From the human T2T-CHM13v2.0 reference genome, Homo sapiens, in NCBI RefSeq assembly GCF_009914755.1, contig NC_060935.1: 64,000 bases of DNA. One strand, written 5' to 3'. Below the pieces are notes generated by a model. The model had not been told where the DNA came from and made no database searches. It worked only from the letters and a program-made list of their open reading frames with translations. Position 1 is the stretch's first letter; each line of letters starts with the position of its first letter. Of the stretch, positions 55,141-64,000 are shown piece by piece. The position numbers were made by a program, and so were the translations under genes.

Positions 55141-57599
55141 ACAAAGTATACGCCCTATGTGACAGATGGATGCCATGGAAAGAAAGCTTATTCTTTGTTA
55201 TTCTTTTTCTCTTTCTATAAGTTTTAAGTCTCCAAATAAAACATCGTCTTTCATGTGCATGTACCTTTAAATATGTCATTGCCTCTACTTAGACTGTGTC
55301 TTCCACTAGTCCTCTTCTCCCTTCCCCCTGCTTTTTTCCTTTAGTAACCCCTACATGTGCTTTGAGACTCAGCTCGGAGGTTATGTCTTTCAGGGAGGCA
55401 CTCTTCAATCTGGATTGGTTGCTCTTTTCTGCATTCTTATAATGGTTTTGGAAACCCTACAAAGTAAAAGTGCTGGGCGTTCACCCAGGGTGACACAAGT
55501 ACCAAGACCTTTCAGGGTTAGACCATCTTGTACATAGGCTTTGAGTGGCCTTGAGGTATGATAGAGTGCCCTATTGGAAGAAGTGAGGGTTAAACACTAA
55601 GCCCAGTTTTACCACTAGAACCAACTTTGTAACCTTGAACTAATTTCGTTTAACTTCTTTGGACATTATAAAATGGGAACAAAAATGGTAACCTTTTCTT
55701 TAGCTATTTTAAAATACAGCTGTAATTTTTCAAACGAGATAATATATACATGGCTTGTTAGTATAACTTTAAGAAAATTTTAAGATAATTGGGAGCCATT
55801 CCCAATTATCATGACTGTTATTTTCAGATCTTGACTTTGAAGGGATGAATCTAAATTATAAAGTAGGCAGCTGCAGATGAACAAAAGAACAAATAGAATA
55901 CTCTGCACATTCCACTCTACCTATCATGTCTTCCTTTATTATAAATTATTTCAGAAGTGCTCTGTGCAATCTTGTTTCAAATATCTCAGATAATAATTCC
56001 CCCATCACTTGTGTGTGAGGGTCATCTCAGAGGTATATTAACTGCATGGAGGAGGACATCACTTTTATATTTTTGTTTTGTGAACAAATCCAGTGAAGTT
56101 GACAAAATCCTCCCCTTTTCCTTTTACATATTTGTGAAGGACAGTGCACAGGAGATGTGACAATTTTGGAGGCACAGAGTGAGGTTCCAAAATGAATAAT
56201 CACCTCTTAGCCCTCTGTGAACACTGCTGCATCAGGAACCTGTGTAAACAGATACACTTGGGGAAACACTGCCTTTTCTCTGCCAGTTAATAGCATTGTT
56301 ACTGACTTAACTGGCATCCAAGTTTTTTCTTCGTTGTTCATTGAACCATTTTTTTTCTGTAAGATTTTCTAAAGAAAATGAAATGGAAAATAATAAGGTA
56401 AGATTCCCAAGTGAAAATGACTTTAACTTTAATAATATTTTCATATCATAAATCAGTGCAGATGAAGAAATAAAATAGTCAGTCTTTTATATGAAAGTGC
56501 TTTCTATAATCATCACCTGAGATGCCAAAATTGTTAAACTCTCAAAGTGTGCAAATAGCCACTACAATGACCTATATTTGAAAATTTGGGGATCTTTGAA
56601 CAGTTCAACCAACATTCTCCGCTTGGCTATTACTATATCAATAAAAATAATGCATTGCATGGATTATAAGTTTGTGTTTAAAACCTTTGCCTTCATAGAT
56701 TTCAGGAGGTGAATGAATTTGCCTAAAACGTTCTGTGTTTATCACAGAGAACATGCAGTGTGAATCCCACATTTTGTAAAAGAGAAAACGACAAACTCTT
56801 TCACAGCACAGAATAAAAATGAAGAAAATGATACAAAAGTGTGGCTGCAGGTAACCCCGTTTTCCTGGGAAATTACTGTGGTTCTCTCATATTTATAAGC
56901 CATCTCTTAGGAGGAGATATGCAGGATGAAATAGTTATTAATTCTTATGGTCTAACAAAGAGAGGAAAAATGTCTCATAGGGCTTGAAAGAAATATCCTA
57001 GTAACTTACTGTGGAATTGGATTTCAGATAAGGTGAGTATGTCTCAGATCCCATGCACAGGTATTATTATTATTTTTTCTGAACTACTAAAATAATTTTT
57101 TATAAGTTGGTCTTGAAGCACAGAGTCCAAAGAAAGCATTAGATTTAACCCCTGTGTATAAAGAAGGAGTTGTGCCAAAGACATTGTGATGACTTTGAAA
57201 ATACACAAAATATCATGTTATCTCCCTTGTCTTTCACCAGACAAGGTTCTATTTCTCAATCTTGTCTGTCCACATCCAACTAGACAACTTACATGAAATG
57301 CTAATGAGATCCTGAAAGAAATAAACAGTGCAATTTCATATTCAGTGCCAAAAATTGGTGAATTTTAAATTCTCTCCTTATCATATTGAACAATGACCTT
57401 GGATAAATTGCTCACTGCATCTCACGGTTCATTTTTGAAACACAATATAATGTGGAGCCAAGATTTCAAAGGTGCACACCTCATTCTCCTCCATCGCATG
57501 GCTCTCTTCTCAGAGAGAGAAATGGAAACATTGCTTATCAACAAAATGGACTGGAGTTGGCACAGGCGTCAGGCCTTATTTTCTATTCATGATATACAG

Positions 57600-57800
57600 T
57601 AAAGAAAATGTGCTTTGAACCAAGACAGAGTCTTAGGTTCAAATTCCTACAGTTTACTGGCTGTTTACTCCAGGCAAGGTGCCCAACTTCTTTGAGTATC
57701 GGTTTCTGATTTAGGAAACAATAATTCCTGATCTGCAGAGTTATTTTAAGAATATGAAACAGTGTACATAAAATGTCAATGATTGGAGTCACTCAAAAAA
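57600..57800 (+). mobile_element. MIR
   Basis: 'gtgctttgaaccaagacagagtcttaggttcaaattcc'. Confidence 0.65.
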
Positions 57801-57991
57801 ATGACAGCCGTTCTTATTTCTATCTATGAAAGTGATTTTGTCTAACAAATATTCATTGTGTGCCTACTCTGTACAAGGCACTGGGGCAGGCACTGAAGCT
57901 AGTAACATTCGAATAGAACATAATCACCATCCATGGCCTAGGAAAGGAAAAGTTTCATAGGGCACATCTCCTCCTACCTTATGATATGTGC

Positions 57992-58400
57992 CATGGTGGT
58001 TAATATTATGTGTCAACTTGGCTATGCCACGGTACTAAGATATTTGGTCAAACATTCTTCTACATGTTTCTGTGAGGGTATTTTTAGATGAAATTAACAT
58101 TTAAATCAGTAGGCTGTGTGTAAAGCAGATTATTCACCATAATGTGGGTGGGCCTTATCTAATCAGTTGAAGGTCTTAATAGACAGAAGACTGACTGTCC
58201 TTGGGCAAGAAGAAATTTTGCCGGAAGACTGCAACATCAACTCTTCCCCAAGTCTGTGGCCTATCCTGCAAATCTTGGACTTGCCAGCCTCTATAGTCAC
58301 ATGAGCCAGTTCCTTAAAATGAATCTCTATCTATCCACTTATCCAGAGATAGATACGTATTTCCATATATCCATATCTATGTGTGTGTGACTTATACATG
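57992..58400 (+). mobile_element. MLT2C/D LTR
   Basis: 'ggttaatattatgtgtcaacttggct...gatgaaattaacatttaaatcagtag'. Confidence 0.8.
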
Positions 58401-58859
58401 TACTTTGATATTTTCTATTCTAATTTATTACATTAAATCTTTTCTTGAAAAATAATTGTTGATTGAGATCCACTAAATTTGGGTTTTATGATCCACTAAT
58501 AGGTTGTGACTTGCAGTGTGGCAAAACACTTTGAAAAATGATGCCTTTCCATTTAAATATTGCACCTACTTCCCACCCCAATTTTGTTGCATTTTATTCT
58601 TAGTGCCATAAAAAACAGTTTTAATCTACTACTTTTGAATAAATTATTCTAGAAAAATGTGCAACTTATCCTCAGAAGTTTTATTATAACTTTGTCCAAA
58701 TTTGAATAATTACCACAGATAAAATATCCAAGGGCTCATTTGACCCTGCTTATTAATTATGGAAACATAAAGCTAAAAAATAAATTACCCTGGTTTTATC
58801 TGTTGGTCATGATGACTCCATAAGTTGCATTTCCAATAAAGCAAAAATGTTCCATTTTT

Positions 58860-60225
58860 TTGTTACTCCTAAAAATGAAACATTGGGACTTTTCTAGCCT
58901 TCAAAGTATTTGTTAACAGAAATGTACATTTGAAAAGTAAAGTGAGTACAGTTAGCTTTCTGTATGTATGGGTTCCACATCCATGGATTCAATAAACCAT
59001 GGATCAAAAATTTTCAGGAAAAAAAGGGACAGTTTCATCCGTACTGAACATGTATATAGAACTTTTTTGGGTCATTATTTCCTAAACAATGCAATATAAC
59101 AACTACTTACATACCATTTACATTGTAGTAGGTATTATAAGTAATCTAAAGGTGGTTTAGATTATACGGGATAATGTGTGTAAGTTATATAGAAATACCA
59201 CACCATTTTATATAAGGATTTGAGCATTCATGGATTTTGGTATCTGCGGTGGTCCTAGAACCAATTCCTTGTGGGTATTGAGGGATGCGTGTACTCCCAA
59301 TGGCCAAAGCTGGAATGATTTTAGCAACAAAGTAAGTATATTGGACTATAATTTAAAGCACAAAATAGATAGCCACAAGTCCATGATGCTATAAAAATGA
59401 TTTGATAAATACATAAATGAGAGAGAAGAGATTAATCTTCTTTACAAATGAATTCCAAATAATTTATATATAATAATTTATCAGGAACTAGAGCTTAGTT
59501 CCTCTACACCTCTTCTTATCCCTCACTTCAGCCCCCATTGAGTGTGGGCTGCACCTACTAACTTGCTTTCAAAGAGTAGAATATGGGAAGAGCTAGGGCA
59601 TAGGGTAAAATCACAGTAGGGAGACCTGGCAAATACTGTCTCATCAAGGCGATGGAAGTTATCATCAGCAATTAGTCATATTGATAGTGTGCATTCTTGA
59701 CCTGCTTTACTGAGAATGGCACTGCATTTCTGTGTTTTTTCTCCCAAAACTCATGACTCCAGGATAGCCATGAGAAAGATATTGATCAAACCCAAATTGA
59801 GTGACATTCTGCAAAAACTTTGATCAGTGCTCCTTAAAACTGTTAGGTCATCAATAACAAGGAAACTTGTTGTTTCTGAGAAACTGTCACAGATCAGAGG
59901 AGGCTAGGGAGATACTGACTCAATGTAACCTGGTACTTTGGATAAGAACCTGGACCATAAAAAAATATCATTGAGGAAAAAAATTGATGACACCTGAATA
60001 AACTGTTAGGTTGATATTATGATGACATCTGAATAAACTGTTAAGTTAATAATAACGTACCAATGTTGATTTCTTACTTGTGACAAAGGGGTCCTGGTGG
60101 CATAGAACAATAACAGTAGGGGAAACTGTGTAGGGCTATATATAAATACTTTGTACAAACGTTGCCACTTTTCTGTAAATTTAAAACACTTCTAAAATAA
60201 AAAAGTGTTCTTAAAATAAAATAAA
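58860..60225 (+). mobile_element. L1MC3/4-type 3' region split by MER2
   Basis: 'ctcccaatggccaaagctggaat'...'aaacccaaattgagtgacattctgcaaaa'...'cttttctgtaaatttaaaacacttctaaaataaaa'. Confidence 0.8.
58949..59291. mobile_element. MER2 (TcMar-Tigger) DNA transposon
   Basis: TA flanks; 'atccatggattcaa', 'gtattataagtaatcta' and 'ggattttggtatctgc'. Confidence 0.88.
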
Positions 60226-60964
60226 TACAGTTACATGAGTCACAGGGAAATGTACTAAATGCAAATAAAAGAATGTAATTTGAAAGTGTCAGAAAGTAGT
60301 GGTTGAATATATTTGAATTTCTCTTGTTCTCCTTGTGCTCCTAGGGGAGCAATTCTTTGAGGTTTAATTGCCTTTAAACACTTATGAATTATATATTTAA
60401 AGACTATTGCATATCAGATTTTATGCCACAGAAACATTTTATTGAGTAAAATTGCTTATTCTATTAAAATTAAATCATTTTATGGGTGATATTTTTCAAA
60501 ATCTTTTTTGAGATAAAAGGAAAATTCAAAAAGCAATGATGATGTGTTATTCCAAAAAAAGTACCTGTGATTTTTGTTTCAAAATATCAGGTGTTAATTT
60601 TCATCATATTTTAAATTTCATTTGAATATTACTCTTCTATTGTAAACTTGTGCTGAATTCCTGTTGCATTTTTTTCTAGGAGAGGGAAAAGGAAGAGTTA
60701 GCTTTGGGATAGGAGATCAACACTATCTTACATACTTAAAGACTCTGCTTAATGACATCCTGAGAGTCATCAAGAAGGCTTGATAGAGATAACCAAGATT
60801 TATATATTTGATTTAGTTACATTCAATGTAAAATTATCTTGCTCTTCTGAGGCATTGAGTCTAGACACTTCTCATAATAGAAAAATCCTTATTACTCTAT
60901 TAGACATGAATTACTTTAGACAGTTTTTTCCAAAGTTCCATTATCAGTGTTGTTGCTAACTGAC

Positions 60965-61200
60965 TGCATTAGTCTAAGGATGCTAATTGCTATAATGTAA
61001 TCTCCAAGCTTTTATGGCTAAATATAATAATGATTTATATCTCATTCAGGTCACAGCCAGTGCAGGTCATTGGGGGCAGAAGGTTTGCTCCATGTAGTCA
61101 TCAAGAGTGAGGCTTCTCCCACCTAGTGGTTCTGCCCACTATTACACTGGCAAAAATAGACACATGGGAGAGACCAGGAGTGTTTGTCCAGGCCTCCATT
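60965..61200 (-). mobile_element. Old MLT1 LTR fragment
   Basis: 'tgcattagtc...tttatatctcattc...tgctccatgtagtcatc'. Confidence 0.5.
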
Positions 61201-61207
61201 GCAGAGT

Positions 61208-61417
61208 CCAGGGGTATGCTTGTAAGTGTTTAATAATCAGCAGTCAGGGAGGAAAAATTTTTAAAGCCTTGATTTGTAGCAATTGCAAATTTTCATGGTG
61301 CGTATATATCTCCCATGGTCTATCAGAAGCTATTCACAAAATATCAGGGAACATGAAACTGGGAAAAGAGGTGCATGTTCGGCACAAGCCACTTTGAGTT
61401 GGCTCCAACCCACCACC
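61208..61417 (-). mobile_element. MER63-like hAT element
   Basis: 'aaagccttgatttgtagcaattgcaaattttcatggtg' and end 'gagttggctccaacccaccac'. Confidence 0.55.
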
Positions 61418-62639
61418 AAATAGTCCCTCCCTTCTGCAAATAGACACTGAGGAGAAATTTGGATTAAAGCTTCTCACATTACACATGTATTGTTGTTGTA
61501 TGGGATGGTTGCCATAATCAGTTCTGAAGACAGTACTTTGCATAAGTTTAGACTAAGGTGCCGTTTATATCATATCTGTGTGACTCATGTCCCAATCTGC
61601 ATAGCAGTCTGTGGCAGATCTACTATGGAATAATGCTGCTTGATCAAATACGAAAAGAGCAAAAAGAGGAAAAAAGAAAGAGAAAAAATGTTTTCTTTCC
61701 TCATGAAGTAATAACATCTAAAATGAAGAGGAATGCCACTCAAATTAGGTGCCATTTTTGCAAATTTTGATGGCAGTTTATATGGCCACTAGAATGGCCA
61801 TTAAAGCACATTGCAAATTATATCACTGTATATAATGCTCCATAAAATAAATTTCTATGGATTAAGTCCAAAATTTCAGTCATTTGCTTGCAAAAATTGT
61901 CACTCAGTTTAAGATACCATACAAATTATGTTCAGGCATTAGGAGCAAGTGGTTATAGCAGCCGTGTCATTAAGCCCATCCACAACTTTATAACTCAGTT
62001 TACATGCTGCATAACACCTTGTTTATAAATTAGTTTCCTGGCAAGAATTTGTAGACTTCAGGATGACCTTAAAATTTATATACTGATTAGGAAATAATTA
62101 CATACCATGTGTTGCAGGGAACATGAAAATGAAAGAAATCACACATAAGTTTAGGTTAGGACAAGTTCTAGAATATTTGATACTGTTCTTTTTGTTCACA
62201 TCAACATAGCTAAGGAGTTGATCCTTCACCTTAAAAGCAGGAATGACTCTTTTGATACCCTACATACCTCCTTTCCAATCCAGTCATTTAAGAATATCAG
62301 GAATAAGGGATTGGAATTGGTTGGCTCATGCTTGACAGAAAAGTTGAGAAAAATAATTGCTAGAAGCTAAATGTAATACTTTCTTCTCCAGAGTCCCTTG
62401 ACTCTAAAAAGTTTGAATACCAATAAAGCAAATTAAAAGGTGTAAATTATTCCTATAGTTCAATGTTTATGTAACTAAATTTCTTAATATTATTCTTTAT
62501 AGTATTTTGTATATATCTAAACTTAAAAGGCCTGAGAATACCAAGAAATAGAGGAATATTCATCTATATTAATTCTTTTGTGTTCTACTTTCCTTTTTAC
62601 TTTCAAATCTTTAATTAACCTGGGATTCATGTTGAAAAT

Positions 62640-63090
62640 TATGAAGGTTAATTTTATGTGTCAACCTGACTGACCACAAAGTGCCCAAATACTTGGTCAA
62701 AGATTATCTCAGGTATGTATGTGAGGGTGTTTTGGATGAGATTAACATTTGAATCTGTAGACTGAGTAAAACAGGCTGTCCTTCCTAATGCGAGTAGGCC
62801 TCATCCCATCAGTGGAGGGCCTGAATAGAACAAAAAGTCTGAACCTCCCTTACATGAGAGGGAATTTCCTCTTACTTGATTGCCTTATGGCTGGGACATT
62901 AGTTTATCCTGCCTTTGGACTCCAGCTGAAACATCAGCTTTTCCTGGGTCCACTGACCTTTGGACTGAAACTGCACCATTGGCTCTCATAGGTCTTCAGC
63001 TTGCCAACTGCAGATCTTGGGACTTGTTAGCCTCCACAATTGTGTGAGCCAATTCCTTATCATCTCTCTCTCATGCTGTGTGTGTGTGTA
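62640..63090 (+). mobile_element. MLT2D-like LTR
   Basis: 'ggttaattttatgtgtcaacctgac...ggatgagattaacatttgaatc...gtgagccaattcctta'. Confidence 0.85.
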
Positions 63091-63162
63091 TAATAATTAA
63101 TAGATATCTAATTGTGCACCCTACCCCATGATTTAGTCAATTGTTTCAACATTATGAAAATC

Positions 63163-63454
63163 TTTTTTTTTTGAGACAGTGTCTCACTCTGCCACCCAGG
63201 CTAGAGTGCAGTAGCACGATCTTGGCTCACTGCAACCTCTGCCTCGCAGGTTCAAACAATTCTCGTGCTTCAGCCTCCTGAGTGGTTGGGATTACAGGTG
63301 CATGCCACCACTCCCAGCTAATTTTTGTAATTTTAGTAGAGATAGGGTTTCACCATGTTGGCCAGGCTGATCTCCAACTCCTGACCTCAGGTGATCTGCC
63401 TGCCTTAGCCTCCCAAAGTGCTGGGATTGCAGGTGTGAGCCACCATACCCAGCC
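63163..63454 (-). mobile_element. AluSx/Sz inside an old antisense L1 fragment (~63100-63615)
   Basis: Full Alu reverse complement with T tail; the flanks resemble antisense L1ME ORF2. Confidence 0.93.
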
Positions 63455-64000
63455 TAAAATCCTCTTTCAATATTGACTAAATACTCACATGTGTTTTGAC
63501 TTGATTCACAGATTCATATTCTCTTCTATTAATATGTGTCTATCTATAACTTTATCAGTAATACATTATTTAATTATGGTCATTTGATAGATGTTTAATA
63601 TCTAGTAGTGCTTGTCCAAATCAATTTGAATATGTTTATGCTACTACAATGAAATAAAGATGGGGACTGGGCTGAAGTTAGACAAATAGTATGCTTTTCA
63701 ACCTGAAAGGCAAAGACAAAGAGACAGCTTTTCAATCTTTTCCTTTCTTTTTTCTCTTCTTCCTGCCTACCTACTTGTTTGCCTTGACTACAACAACACT
63801 CCCCCAACTAACTGCTTAGACGTTTATGCTCCTGGAAGCCCTGTTGGAAAACCATCTTCTTAGACTTTTATCTGCCATCCCAAGGTATGTTTTTATTCTT
63901 TGTGTTTTCACAAATCTTGGCAACAGTTTAAATGGCATTGTTAATATCACAATTTACCTAATGCATTTTCAATGTCCTCTTTAATTCTCCCAAACCAGTG

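Overview
Primate (catarrhine-type, probably human or ape) intergenic or intronic DNA, AT-rich and dominated by interspersed repeats. I can support no intact protein-coding gene, RNA gene or CRISPR array: the ORF track consists of L1 ORF1/ORF2 remnants, Alu/LTR-derived frames and chance ORFs. Main contents are one full-length but disrupted L1PA6-like element (12804-19083, 11-bp TSD), about 12 Alus, many solo LTRs (MSTA, MLT1/2, MER31, MER39, MER34, MER4, MER67, LTR26, LTR8B-like, LTR47-like and a HERV-W LTR17), old L1M/L2/MIR and DNA-transposon relics, and a ~2-kb 3'UTR-only processed retrocopy on the minus strand. The most unusual signals are structural: (1) a 115-bp inverted copy of the L1's own ORF1 pasted into its 5'UTR, which would fold the L1 RNA into a ~97-bp duplex; (2) a 101-nt near-perfect palindrome at 28354-28454 whose arm was the target of an Alu insertion; (3) an inverted MER4 fragment inside a rearranged LTR/Alu stack; (4) a micro-inversion in an old L1; (5) a 5'UTR-only L1 with TSD-like flanks of reversed polarity. 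Repeat family names come from my recall of consensus sequences and need RepeatMasker/Dfam confirmation.
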